From an uncultured Gammaproteobacteria bacterium (lineage in GTDB: Bacteria; Patescibacteriota; Patescibacteriia; Magasanikbacterales; GWA2-37-8): a stretch of DNA of 36,176 nt. Shown here one piece after another: positions 21,698 to 30,983 of this stretch (within the stretch, counting starts at the first letter, position 1; each line of letters starts with the position of its first letter). Made by a program: the position numbers and the translations under genes. The notes beneath the pieces were generated by a model. That model saw only the letters and a list, made by a program, of their open reading frames with translations. It made no database searches and was not told the DNA's origin. Location of the stretch: contig CAYUIA010000002.1 of the NCBI GenBank assembly GCA_964444635.1, positions 1 to 36,176 of the forward strand, read 5' to 3'.

Positions 21698-23239
21698 ATG
21701 TCCAAGTTAATCCCAGTCATCGGCCTAGAAATCCACGTTGAGCTCAACACCAAGAGTAAAATGTTTTGTTCTTGCGCCAATAATCCCGATAAAGACGCTC
21801 CCAATACCAATGTTTGCGAGGTTTGTTTGGCACACCCGGGAACTTTACCAGTACCCAATATTGAAGCTCTACACTCTACTATCAAAATCGCCAAAGCACT
21901 CAATTGTAAAATAGCTGAAAAATCAAAATTTGACCGTAAACATTATTTTTATCCCGATTTGCCCAAAGGCTATCAGATTTCTCAATTTGATCAACCAATA
22001 GGTGAAAACGGATTTATTGATTTACAATTTATAAATGTCAAAAATGATCGCCCGACTGCGAGAGTCGGTATTACACGTGTTCATCTGGAAGAAGACACTG
22101 CTAAACTGCTACACGACAAAAACGGTAATACTCTGGTTGATTTTAATCGTGCCGGCGTACCATTGGTAGAAATAGTTTCCAATCCAAATATACAAACATC
22201 TACCGAAGCCAAGGTTTACTGTCAAGAATTGCAAACTATTTTTCGCTATCTAGACGTTTCCGACGCTGATATGGAAAAAGGACACATGCGTTGCGAAGCC
22301 AATGTTTCCATGCAAGAAGAAGGAAAATTTATCATTGAAGGACCAAGTATTTCCGCACTTGACGGATATGCCCTCAATCACAAAGTTGAATTGAAAAATA
22401 TCAATTCTTTCCGCGCCATGGAAAAAGCTATTGAATATGAAATAAAAAGACAAACTGAAGCTCTGCAAAAAGGAGAAAAACAGTTGCCGGAAACTCGTGG
22501 TTGGAATGACGAAAAAGGAGAAAGCTATGTTCAGCGCGTCAAAGAAACTTCTGCGGATTATCGTTATTTCCCCGAACCGGATATCCCGGTTTTTGAACCT
22601 CTCAAACTCTGCCCCGATGTCGTTTTACCGGAATTACCAAACACCAGACGACAAAGATTTTTTAATGAATATGGTTTTTCTTATGCTGATGCAGATTTAT
22701 TAATCCAAAATAAACATTGGAGCGGTTATGCGGAAAATGTAATGACCGAACTGCAAGAGTGGATAGATTCTCTGCCGGAAACCAAAAGCGAAGATAGTAT
22801 TTACAAGAAAAAAGAGCTGGCAAAACTCGCCGGCGGTTGGTTAACCACCAAACTTGCAGGAGCAATGGCAGAAAGAAAAATAGATATTAGGATTTTGAAA
22901 CTAAGCGCGGAAAATTTCGCCGAACTTATAACTTTGATTTATGCCAAAAAAGTAAATTCAACCAATGCTCAGAAAATACTCAGTGAAATGCTTGATGCTA
23001 ATACCGATATTGATCCGACGCATATCATGGAAGAAAAAGGTTATGGCCAGGTCAGTGATGAAAATAAATTGGAAGAAGTAATTTTGGAAGTTATCAAAAA
23101 TTATCCCGCACAAGTGGAACAATTCAAATCCGGTAAAGATCCGATAATCAAATTTTTACTCGGGATGGTAATGAAGGCCACCGAAGGCAGTGCCGACCCG
23201 GTTGTGGCAGAGAAAATACTACGGGAAAAATTGAAATAA
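21698..23239 (+). CDS. gatB: Asp/Glu-tRNA(Asn/Gln) amidotransferase subunit B
   Basis: VIGLEIHVELNTKSKMFCSC, HLEEDTAK, RCEANVS, KNINSFRA, C-terminal YqeY-like tail. Confidence 0.95.
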   Translation: MSKLIPVIGLEIHVELNTKSKMFCSCANNPDKDAPNTNVCEVCLAHPGTLPVPNIEALHSTIKIAKALNCKIAEKSKFDRKHYFYPDLPKGYQISQFDQPIGENGFIDLQFINVKNDRPTARVGITRVHLEEDTAKLLHDKNGNTLVDFNRAGVPLVEIVSNPNIQTSTEAKVYCQELQTIFRYLDVSDADMEKGHMRCEANVSMQEEGKFIIEGPSISALDGYALNHKVELKNINSFRAMEKAIEYEIKRQTEALQKGEKQLPETRGWNDEKGESYVQRVKETSADYRYFPEPDIPVFEPLKLCPDVVLPELPNTRRQRFFNEYGFSYADADLLIQNKHWSGYAENVMTELQEWIDSLPETKSEDSIYKKKELAKLAGGWLTTKLAGAMAERKIDIRILKLSAENFAELITLIYAKKVNSTNAQKILSEMLDANTDIDPTHIMEEKGYGQVSDENKLEEVILEVIKNYPAQVEQFKSGKDPIIKFLLGMVMKATEGSADPVVAEKILREKLK

Positions 23240-23240
23240 T

Positions 23241-24713
23241 ATGTCTGAACACAGTCCGCTTTTTGAACAATTCAAAAAAGATCTTGAAATTGAAAAATCA
23301 GGCCATAAAACGCTTGATTTTTCCGAATTGGCTCAAGAAAAAAAATCAAAATCTTGGAAAGAACTTATCGATTACAAACTAAAAAAAGAACGGTCTGATA
23401 TACATTTGGGCTTTGGATTACACTTCATGTATCAAGATAATTTAGTTTCCGGAGCTGATCATTTTGACAAATATGACGGTCCCTTTATTCCTTTTCCGCC
23501 CTCTATTTTGGAAAATTTGGCTATTGCCAAAGAATGGGATGTTTCTCTTACTGATATTATTGATCGAGCTGCCAGTATGAGACGACTGACAGACATCAAA
23601 CAACTCGGTTACCTTACTTATCCTGAGAAAGATCAAACTGAAAGATATGGAAATGATTGGGGTATTGAAAAATTTAAACATGACCGTTTTGATCATTCTT
23701 TTCTCACATCGGTAATGAATCTTACGGTTTTACGCATTAGCCAAACGGAAGGCCTTATTAATTGCTCGGATAAAGATATTTTAAAAAGTTTTATCGCTTC
23801 TACCATACATGATAGTGCAACCGTAGCCGGAGGCGATGCCACCAAAAAAATATCTCCGGAAAAATTAGATGAGGAAACCTTGGTTTCTATGATATTACAA
23901 AATCCGGAAATGCAAGAAATCTTCAAAAAACACGATCTTACAAAAGAAGATGAAAAAGATATTCAAAATATAATTTTTAATCAAGGCCCTTTTGGAAAAC
24001 TGTTGGATTTGGTAGATAAATTTTCTTACACTGCTCGCGACACTCAACAAGTAACACCTGTTTTAGAAAGAGGTTTATATCTAACTCCTGAAGGCAAAGA
24101 GATACTTTCTCTTGTCCGTGAAGATCCAAATATCTACGATATTATGTTTGACCTTCGGTTAGATGAAACAAAAGGTTTGTACTGCACTAATCCTGACAAG
24201 TTAAACAATGTGTTAAAAATCCGGGCATTAATGCATGCTTTTATTTATTTAAACCCTTATTCTCAAATGGCTGAAGCCGCGGTTATCCATCCTGTTTTGA
24301 AAAAAATTATGGATTCCAGAGATTCTAAATTGTCGGTAGAAACTTTACTTAACCAATCTGACAATTATTTTGAAAAAGTTCTTTGCGAAACTCTCGGTAA
24401 CAAAGATATTTATCCAGACGCCATAAAATCCATTCGTGAAACTATAAAAGAAAAAGATATTCAAGTTGATATTTTCCCAGATTACAATTCTGCGGAAATA
24501 GCTATGGCCGAAATTGAAAATCAAGGACGTTTTATTTGTAATATTGTAAATAAAACAAAAGGATTCAAAACAGCTACCGATACACTTGTAGAATTAAATA
24601 ACAAACTGATTCCTTTCAAAGAGCTTTACCCTGATAAAAATAAAGAAATCCAAGAAATAGCCGACCGAGTAAAAACTGTCAGGGTATATCATTCAAAGAA
24701 ACCAATAATTTAA
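23241..24713 (+). CDS. HD-superfamily phosphohydrolase-like protein (490 aa)
   Basis: KHDRFDHSFLTS followed by TIHDSATVAGGD (H...HD...D pattern). Starts 1 nt after the gatB stop. Confidence 0.65.
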   Translation: MSEHSPLFEQFKKDLEIEKSGHKTLDFSELAQEKKSKSWKELIDYKLKKERSDIHLGFGLHFMYQDNLVSGADHFDKYDGPFIPFPPSILENLAIAKEWDVSLTDIIDRAASMRRLTDIKQLGYLTYPEKDQTERYGNDWGIEKFKHDRFDHSFLTSVMNLTVLRISQTEGLINCSDKDILKSFIASTIHDSATVAGGDATKKISPEKLDEETLVSMILQNPEMQEIFKKHDLTKEDEKDIQNIIFNQGPFGKLLDLVDKFSYTARDTQQVTPVLERGLYLTPEGKEILSLVREDPNIYDIMFDLRLDETKGLYCTNPDKLNNVLKIRALMHAFIYLNPYSQMAEAAVIHPVLKKIMDSRDSKLSVETLLNQSDNYFEKVLCETLGNKDIYPDAIKSIRETIKEKDIQVDIFPDYNSAEIAMAEIENQGRFICNIVNKTKGFKTATDTLVELNNKLIPFKELYPDKNKEIQEIADRVKTVRVYHSKKPII

Positions 24714-24742
24714 AAAATCTGCCTTTACTGGCAGATTTTTTA
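24712..24742. terminator. Bidirectional terminator
   Basis: AAAAAATCTGCC-tttact-GGCAGATTTTTT. Confidence 0.8.
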
Positions 24743-24755
24743 AATCAACTATATT

Positions 24756-25358
24756 TTAATCAAATTTACTGTTTTTAAAAACCATATCACACCATCTGCT
24801 ATTTTGTTCTATCTCCTCTCCAACGAGATAAAACCCCAAATCTTCCAAATAATTTATTATTTCCCCGGCCTTTCCTTCATTTTCATAAAGATCTTTGTCT
24901 TTGGTAGTCAAAAAAGCTTCGCACCTGATTTCTCTAATATTTTTAACAAATTCTTCAAAAGATTTTATAACTTCAAACTCGGCGCCTTGAGTATCTATTT
25001 TAACCAAATCTATAGTTTTACCGATAAGCTCATTTTTACGTATAAATTCCGCAGCCTTAATGCATTCAACTTTTATAATTTCTGTATTTTTTGAAATCTC
25101 CGGATATAAAATCAAATTCGTATCGTTGAACTTTTTGAGAGAAGAGGTCACATCCGGATCGTTTATGTAAAATTCTTTTGTTCCACTTTCCAAACCGATG
25201 GCAAAATTAAAAACTTTTAGATTCGGAAATTCTTTTTCTTTTGACTTCAAAAAATCGTACCTGTAAGGTAGTGGCTCAAAAGCGTAAACCTCGTGTCCGT
25301 CTTGAAGCCAGGGGAAAGTATACAGCCCGGCGTTTGCTCCGATATCAAAAATTAACAT
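24756..25358 (-). CDS. FkbM-family SAM-dependent methyltransferase
   Basis: IFDIGANAGLYT and IDLVKIDTQGAEFEVI motifs. Confidence 0.85.
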   Translation of the reverse strand: MLIFDIGANAGLYTFPWLQDGHEVYAFEPLPYRYDFLKSKEKEFPNLKVFNFAIGLESGTKEFYINDPDVTSSLKKFNDTNLILYPEISKNTEIIKVECIKAAEFIRKNELIGKTIDLVKIDTQGAEFEVIKSFEEFVKNIREIRCEAFLTTKDKDLYENEGKAGEIINYLEDLGFYLVGEEIEQNSRWCDMVFKNSKFD

Positions 25359-25363
25359 AAATT

Positions 25364-27673
25364 TTATTTGGCTATAATTATATTTACTCCGTTATCCAAA
25401 AGTATTTTTTCCAAACCGAAATTTTTACAATATTTTATGATCTCTGCTTTTTCTTGTTCGTCTTTATTGTATTCGATAACTACCAGCCTAGTCCCCAACT
25501 CCGCTAAATTTATTTGTTTTAAAATCGCCAAGTCCTTGCCTTCTATGTCTATAGAAACATAATCAATCTTATTAATACCAAATTCTTTTTTTATATCCTC
25601 AAATCTATAGGCACTGACCTCGATCATATCAAATTCATGTCCTTCTGATCGCCATTTATCATAATTTTTCAAAACAACAGTAGACAACAGATCTCTTCCT
25701 TCCGTTTCCAGATGTTTCGTATTGTGATAAAATTTAATAATTTCTTCTTTTTCGGATAAGCACTTATTGATACAAACGATATTATTATTTTCTTTATGCA
25801 ATTTTTTTAAATCCAAAAAAACAAAAGGCGATCCTTCTATCAAAAAACCCTTCCACCCTTTCTCTAAAAAATACAAGGAATTACTGAAAGTCCTCCCATC
25901 GTTTGCGCCTATGTCCAACAAAACACCTTTGTACTCTCCAAAATACTCGGCAATAATTTTATCCTCTTCAAATTGAGAATAGAACTTTTCAAAGTTCATC
26001 TTATCAAATTCTTCGTTGCTTATCGGCGTGATTTTAACAATATTTTCACTAACATATGCTTTTTGATCTCTTGTTTTTTCCGGCCTCCAATCTACATGTA
26101 TTGCATTTATAATATTGCTTAAATTAATCACTTCTACTCCGGATTTAACAGCGTTATTCCTAAAAGCACTTTCACAATTCCATACCCCCAACAAATAATC
26201 GGCTTTAAATTTTTTTAATTTTTTTCTGTAAACCCAGGCATCTTGAGAAAAAGAAGGGTCAATTAATTCACTTTCTCCTTGATATGTTTCTCTAGACAGA
26301 ACAATTTGGCCGTTTTTCGATAAATCTTTTCTTGAAATTATAAAAAGTTTATTGTCCCAATCTTTAATTTCTTTTAATTTTTTAACGGTATGGTCAAAAT
26401 AAATATCTGAATTTGCTAAAACTTTTATTTCATCCGGGTATTGTTCTGCCGAAAAATTAAGCCAAGACTCATAGTCCAATCTTTTGTCAATTTCTTTAAA
26501 AACAACCTTTTCTTGCAAAGAAACTGGGGGAATCACGTCTTTTTCCGTCAAAACGACCACTTTGTCTATATTTTTATTATTAATATTTTTAATTAAGCAA
26601 AATATATTTTGAGATTCTATTTCAGGGGTGCTTTTAAAAAACTGTTGGTATAAAATAATTTTCTTATCATCCGCAAAACCCGGAGCTTTGTCTTTTGAAA
26701 TTGTTTTTGTATAATAAGAATAATTTACTTTATTTTTATATTTATCAAAAAACTCTCGCATATCCTTATAGGAGTCTACGGAGTCATAGCCAGTACTAAC
26801 CGGATGTTTGATATTGACATTATAGTCAACTACTACCGACAAACCGTTATTTGTGGCTAAATCATTTACAAACAAATCTATTCCACAACCTTTTTTATTT
26901 TCAGACCATTTTATGCCAAAATTTTTAATTATTTCTAATAATTTTTTATTTATAAACCACACGGTCTCATCGGAACAATTCACATGAAAAAGACCGTTTT
27001 CTTTATAGGGATAAAGTCTGGTTTGATGAGGAACCGGGGCTGAAATTATAACCCCGTCTCTTGTCCAAAGCTGTTGCGGAGCATATACTCCGAGATCTTG
27101 ATCTTTATTTAAATAGAAATGCGCTCGATTTAAAATTTTTAACCAATCGCCTGAATATGCATCGCCAACTACAATACCAACTATGTCGCTTTTGGCATTA
27201 TCAACAACATATTGAAATTGTTCGCCAAAAAATAAATTATCTAAATTGATTATATTTTCACCAAATAATTTATTACCAGGGTCACAATTGAGAAAGTAGG
27301 TGTTCTTATTTATTTTTTTAATAATTTCAAATTGTTTTTTGGCATTTTCCGTAACTCTAGCCCAAGAAAAAACAAAAATATCCATATTTTCCAGTTCATA
27401 GGAAGTCCAAAAACGACCCTCTGCTTTACCGTATTTATTATAATGTTCCCAAGGATCCACCCCCGCAGCCAGCACGTCCGGATTTTCTTTTAAATATTGT
27501 TCACATGCCTCTAAATAATTTTTTACGCTTTCTAATTTATTCAATACGTTTTTTTCTTCCTCGGTAAAATCACCGTCCTTGGAATATATTTTTTGATTTT
27601 TTTTAATTTTAAAATCAAGAGAGTCAACCAACTCTCTTAAATCATAAAAATTTTTATTCCAAGGCAACAACAT
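25364..27673 (-). CDS. 769-aa multidomain protein: N-terminal and central glycosyltransferase-like regions of unknown family plus a C-terminal FkbM methyltransferase domain
   Basis: C-terminal LLDIGANDGRTFSN ... IDYVSIDIEGKDLAIL is paralogous to the downstream gene. N-terminal DPWEHYNKYGKAEGR motif. Confidence 0.8.
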   Translation of the reverse strand: MLLPWNKNFYDLRELVDSLDFKIKKNQKIYSKDGDFTEEEKNVLNKLESVKNYLEACEQYLKENPDVLAAGVDPWEHYNKYGKAEGRFWTSYELENMDIFVFSWARVTENAKKQFEIIKKINKNTYFLNCDPGNKLFGENIINLDNLFFGEQFQYVVDNAKSDIVGIVVGDAYSGDWLKILNRAHFYLNKDQDLGVYAPQQLWTRDGVIISAPVPHQTRLYPYKENGLFHVNCSDETVWFINKKLLEIIKNFGIKWSENKKGCGIDLFVNDLATNNGLSVVVDYNVNIKHPVSTGYDSVDSYKDMREFFDKYKNKVNYSYYTKTISKDKAPGFADDKKIILYQQFFKSTPEIESQNIFCLIKNINNKNIDKVVVLTEKDVIPPVSLQEKVVFKEIDKRLDYESWLNFSAEQYPDEIKVLANSDIYFDHTVKKLKEIKDWDNKLFIISRKDLSKNGQIVLSRETYQGESELIDPSFSQDAWVYRKKLKKFKADYLLGVWNCESAFRNNAVKSGVEVINLSNIINAIHVDWRPEKTRDQKAYVSENIVKITPISNEEFDKMNFEKFYSQFEEDKIIAEYFGEYKGVLLDIGANDGRTFSNSLYFLEKGWKGFLIEGSPFVFLDLKKLHKENNNIVCINKCLSEKEEIIKFYHNTKHLETEGRDLLSTVVLKNYDKWRSEGHEFDMIEVSAYRFEDIKKEFGINKIDYVSIDIEGKDLAILKQINLAELGTRLVVIEYNKDEQEKAEIIKYCKNFGLEKILLDNGVNIIIAK

Positions 27674-27677
27674 AAAA

Positions 27678-28259
27678 TTATTTTCGCCCCAACATCTTCA
27701 ATGCCTCCTTCATTAGCTGTTCACTTGTTTTACCATTAGCTTGAAGTTTTTGCATTGTGTCTCTAGCTTGTATTCCGCTGTATCCCAAAGCCATCAAGCC
27801 TTCTACCACATCCCCTATTTCATTACTAAATCCTTGCCCCAAATTTGCACTTGTACTTGGTCCGACCTTGTTTTTGAGTTCTACCACCAGTCTTTCTGCG
27901 GTTTTTTTACCCATTCCGGAAACTTTGGTCAGATATGCGACGTCACTGCGAGCGATAGCTGAACTGATTTCTCCAACACTGCCCAAAGAAAGAATACGCA
28001 AAGCAGTTTTCGGACCAACCCCAGAAACTAATAAAAATTTTTCAAATAAGTTTTTTTCTTCTTTGTTTTTGAAACCGTACAATTCCATCGCATTTTCTCT
28101 GACCGCCAAATATGTCAAAATTTCGGTTTCCATACCTACTTTAAAAAACTCAGCACCATTAGTATTGACCAAAATTTCATAACCAACACCGCCGGTAGTC
28201 AAAACTATTATCTGCTCGCCATTGTTTTCTATAATTTTTCCTTTTATGAGAGAAATCAT
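27678..28259 (-). CDS. ruvA: Holliday junction branch migration protein RuvA
   Basis: MISLIKGKI...GGVGYEILV, helix-hairpin-helix LLVSGVGPKTALRIL and KVSGMGKKTAERLVVELK. Confidence 0.9.
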   Translation of the reverse strand: MISLIKGKIIENNGEQIIVLTTGGVGYEILVNTNGAEFFKVGMETEILTYLAVRENAMELYGFKNKEEKNLFEKFLLVSGVGPKTALRILSLGSVGEISSAIARSDVAYLTKVSGMGKKTAERLVVELKNKVGPSTSANLGQGFSNEIGDVVEGLMALGYSGIQARDTMQKLQANGKTSEQLMKEALKMLGRK

Positions 28260-28261
28260 AC

Positions 28262-28334
28262 TATTTAGTATAAAGTATATAGTATTTAGTATTAAGTATC
28301 CATACTTTATACTTAATACTCAATACTAAATACT
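28262..28334. repeat. Word-repeat palindrome (AGTAT/TTAGTAT words / ATACT words)
   Basis: Fills the whole ruvA / NIF3 intergenic gap. Confidence 0.75.
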
Positions 28335-29302
28335 TATTTATTTTTCTTATTACGGTTTACACGAATAAGTCCTCCACAAGTCAGCACTTCCACGCCTTTC
28401 TTTTCAAGCTCGTCAAGAAATAAATTCATTCCCAAAGAATCCGAAGAAATATGTCCGGCTACTACCACATTCATAAATTGCTCTTTGGCTTTGTTCATAG
28501 CATCGTCTTTCATATGCATAGTCACAATAGTACTAATCCCGGCTTTACTCAAAATTTCGTAAACTTTTTGTGACGGGTTGGTGCCACCGGTCATTTCCAT
28601 CAAAAATTTACCGACTCGATGTCGCGGATTGCCGGCAAACAGTTTCGGTCCGGCTCCGACTTTTTTTGCTTCAGAATATTCAGGGATTTCCAGTAAAACT
28701 TTTAACAGCTCATTTATAGTTTCCGGTTTCTTATTTTTCAAAAACTTTTCCACATATTGACTTACCAAATTATCGGTTACTGTGTGCGTATTCATCAAAT
28801 CAATTTGCAAAAGTTTGGCCATATCAATGACCTGAAAATGATTGGCCGGGTGAACACTGCGCCCTACTTCTTTCATTCTTTCTTCAGTTATTTGTTCGGC
28901 CAGATGAACCGGAATACCGAGATTTTCATAAACTTCAACCACCATATCCATCACTCCGTGCAAATCCGCCAATCCCCTGCCTATCGGATGGTGTGCCAAA
29001 ATCAAATCTATTTTTTTACCTCTTTCATTAAGTTGAGAAGCCAAGAGGATTTCCGCTGGTCCTATATCAATCCCGGCCAAAATTCTTTTTACCGGTTTCT
29101 TGGGGTCGCCCAGATGCAAACGACTATCCGCATAAGGGTTAAAAAGTCGTTCAGTATCAAAATATTTTTTATCTGCCGGTTTGAGATCTTCATATTCTTT
29201 TTTGACTCTACTGAGATATTTTTTGACTCCTTTTTCACCTCGCGGATCAGCTGAAATAGCCATTTTCAGAGCTGTTTCAAAGACTTGTTGAATAGTCATC
29301 AT
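28334..29302 (-). CDS. NIF3-family (DUF34) dinuclear metal centre protein
   Basis: LILAHHP and VVAGHISSD motifs. ATG 29302 or 29299 is preferred over the TTG at 29317. Confidence 0.8.
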   Translation of the reverse strand: MMTIQQVFETALKMAISADPRGEKGVKKYLSRVKKEYEDLKPADKKYFDTERLFNPYADSRLHLGDPKKPVKRILAGIDIGPAEILLASQLNERGKKIDLILAHHPIGRGLADLHGVMDMVVEVYENLGIPVHLAEQITEERMKEVGRSVHPANHFQVIDMAKLLQIDLMNTHTVTDNLVSQYVEKFLKNKKPETINELLKVLLEIPEYSEAKKVGAGPKLFAGNPRHRVGKFLMEMTGGTNPSQKVYEILSKAGISTIVTMHMKDDAMNKAKEQFMNVVVAGHISSDSLGMNLFLDELEKKGVEVLTCGGLIRVNRNKKNK

Positions 29303-29322
29303 ATGTGTATGTATCAAGCTTG

Positions 29323-29355
29323 CCCCGTGATCCGTTTTAAACGGATTTTACGGGG
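29323..29355. repeat. Nested palindrome of the CCCCGTGA...TACGGGG family
   Basis: CCCCGTGATCCGTTTTAAACGGATTTTACGGGG. Confidence 0.65.
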
Positions 29356-29428
29356 TATTAAGTATTAAGTATATGAATTTTAGCTTTTTAGGGCTAAAAA
29401 GTCAACTTTAATAGAGCCTGTAAACATC

Positions 29429-29457
29429 TTGACAAAAAAAGAAAAATGAACTACATT
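29429..29457 (+). promoter_or_regulatory. Sigma70-type promoter
   Basis: TTGACA-N17-TACATT. Confidence 0.6.
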
Positions 29458-29499
29458 ATACGGCACGTTCATTAAAAATTTTTAACAGCGGAGAAAGAA

Positions 29500-29769
29500 A
29501 TGGCAAAAGAACAACGTCCAAAAAACTTGGCTGGGTATAGAAGCCTCAAAAAATTGGCGAAAGATATAGCCAATTTGAGTTATAACTCCGTTTACATTTT
29601 TTTGCTTTGTCTTGGGGCGGAAATGCTCCGGGCTTCAGCAAAAGATAAGGAAAAAGGCAGGCTTAAGCTTGCCAAAAAACTTTCCTTGGTAGCTAAAAAT
29701 CTAAATTCGGCTGGCAAAGAAATGGGTGAAGCTTGGGATATTTGTGAAGACCACACTGAAGAAGTCTAA
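29500..29769 (+). CDS. Hypothetical protein (89 aa)
   Basis: GGAG-type SD; intact ORF. Confidence 0.6.
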   Translation: MAKEQRPKNLAGYRSLKKLAKDIANLSYNSVYIFLLCLGAEMLRASAKDKEKGRLKLAKKLSLVAKNLNSAGKEMGEAWDICEDHTEEV

Positions 29770-29822
29770 AACGGCGCAAAAACGCCTGGAAAAAACTCTT
29801 AAACACTGAGGGAGGGCTACAC

Positions 29823-30032
29823 ATGGCAAAAAAAGGTATGGAAAAGAAAAAGAAACAGAGTAGAAGAGAAGGGCAAAAACAGGTGGAAAGCGGGATAATG
29901 GAACACGCCGGCATCGTACGCCGTGCAGTTCATACGCCTGTTTCTAAAAAAATTATTCACGGACACACCAGCTCCGTGCTGTCGGCCGGTCAACAGAATC
30001 GCTTTATCGATTGGGTTCCGTCCGGTTGTTAA
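29823..30032 (+). CDS. Hypothetical small basic protein (69 aa)
   Basis: Strong SD GAGGGAGGG 5-6 nt upstream; a terminator follows. Confidence 0.55.
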   Translation: MAKKGMEKKKKQSRREGQKQVESGIMEHAGIVRRAVHTPVSKKIIHGHTSSVLSAGQQNRFIDWVPSGC

Positions 30033-30048
30033 AAAGATCTTTATACGC

Positions 30049-30078
30049 AAAAGCGTCCCAACGGGACGCTTTTTTTAT
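30049..30078 (+). terminator. Rho-independent terminator
   Basis: AAAGCGTCCC-aac-GGGACGCTTT followed by TTTTT. Confidence 0.8.
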
Positions 30079-30080
30079 TT

Positions 30081-30147
30081 ACCCCGTGAAATTTCATCCC
30101 GATGAAAAATCGGGATGAACCTGCCAAAGGCAGGATTTCACAGGGGT
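30081..30147. repeat. Three-way palindromic element of the ACCCCGTGAAAT...ATTTCACAGGGGT family
   Basis: The outer stem encloses TTCATCCCGAT-gaaaa-ATCGGGATGAA and CCTGCC-aaa-GGCAGG. Confidence 0.7.
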
Positions 30148-30155
30148 GAACACGA

Positions 30156-30983
30156 TTAAACTCTAAACTTTTTCCCTAAAAAATCTTTGAACTTATTTTG
30201 CTCAAAATTCCAAAATTCAGTCGGTACTGGAATTTTGCCCAAACTATTTTCCGCTTCTATGGTAAAAATAGGAAATGCTAGCCCAGATAATTTTTTTCGT
30301 AATTCACTATAAATTTTTATTTCTTTTTTAAAATCAACTTCAAACGGTTTGGCATTGGCGACCGGGTCACAATGAAAAAGATAATATGGTTTAACTCCAA
30401 TTTCAACCAATTTTTCAAACAATTCTTGCAAAATTTTCACATCATCATTTATACCTTTCAAAAATACGGTTTGACTCAAAACCATTGTTACTCCTGTTTG
30501 TAATTTTTTTATCGCTTTTACTGTATCTTTGTTCAACTCTCCAGAATGATTAACATGCAACATCAAATAAAACGGTTTATTTTTAACAGTTTTTAAAATT
30601 TTTATTATTTTATCATTTATGACTTTTGGATAAGTTATGGGCAGTCTGGTACCAAGTCGAATAATTTTAATTTGTGATAAATTTCCCAATTCTTTCAAAC
30701 ATTTTTCTAAAACTTCCGACGTGATCAAAGGATCTCCGCCGGAGAAAATCAATTCTTTTATTTCTTTGTTTTTCATCAAATATCTCTTTATCTCTTTTAT
30801 CTCTTTATTTCCTATCACGTATTTCGTTTTTATCAATTCCCTTTTTCGCATGCAAAAAGCGCATTCACGAGCGCAAATATTATTTACCAAAATCAAAGCC
30901 CTGTTTTCATAACGGCGAATCAATTTAGGTGCCGGCATATTTTGATTTTCCAAAAACGGATCATTGTTGTTTATTTTTTTCAT
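30156..30983 (-). CDS. epmB: KamA-family radical SAM aminomutase, EpmB-like (EF-P beta-lysylation)
   Basis: CARECAFCMRKR (CxxxCxxC) and FSGGDPL. ATGA overlap with the epmA-like gene. Short at 275 aa. Confidence 0.7.
   Translation of the reverse strand: MKKINNNDPFLENQNMPAPKLIRRYENRALILVNNICARECAFCMRKRELIKTKYVIGNKEIKEIKRYLMKNKEIKELIFSGGDPLITSEVLEKCLKELGNLSQIKIIRLGTRLPITYPKVINDKIIKILKTVKNKPFYLMLHVNHSGELNKDTVKAIKKLQTGVTMVLSQTVFLKGINDDVKILQELFEKLVEIGVKPYYLFHCDPVANAKPFEVDFKKEIKIYSELRKKLSGLAFPIFTIEAENSLGKIPVPTEFWNFEQNKFKDFLGKKFRV

Noticed and set aside
27757-29254. Plus-strand ORFs 27757..28182 and 28757..29254, and similar ORFs inside ileS, gatB, the helicase and the 769-aa gene
   Set aside because: They are antisense shadows of well-supported, motif-bearing genes in an AT-rich genome.
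29823-30983. The 69-aa ORF as a RiPP precursor for the adjacent radical SAM enzyme
   Set aside because: The genes are convergent and separated by a terminator and a repeat element. The radical SAM protein has KamA/EpmB motifs and overlaps an epmA-like gene, which explains it better.
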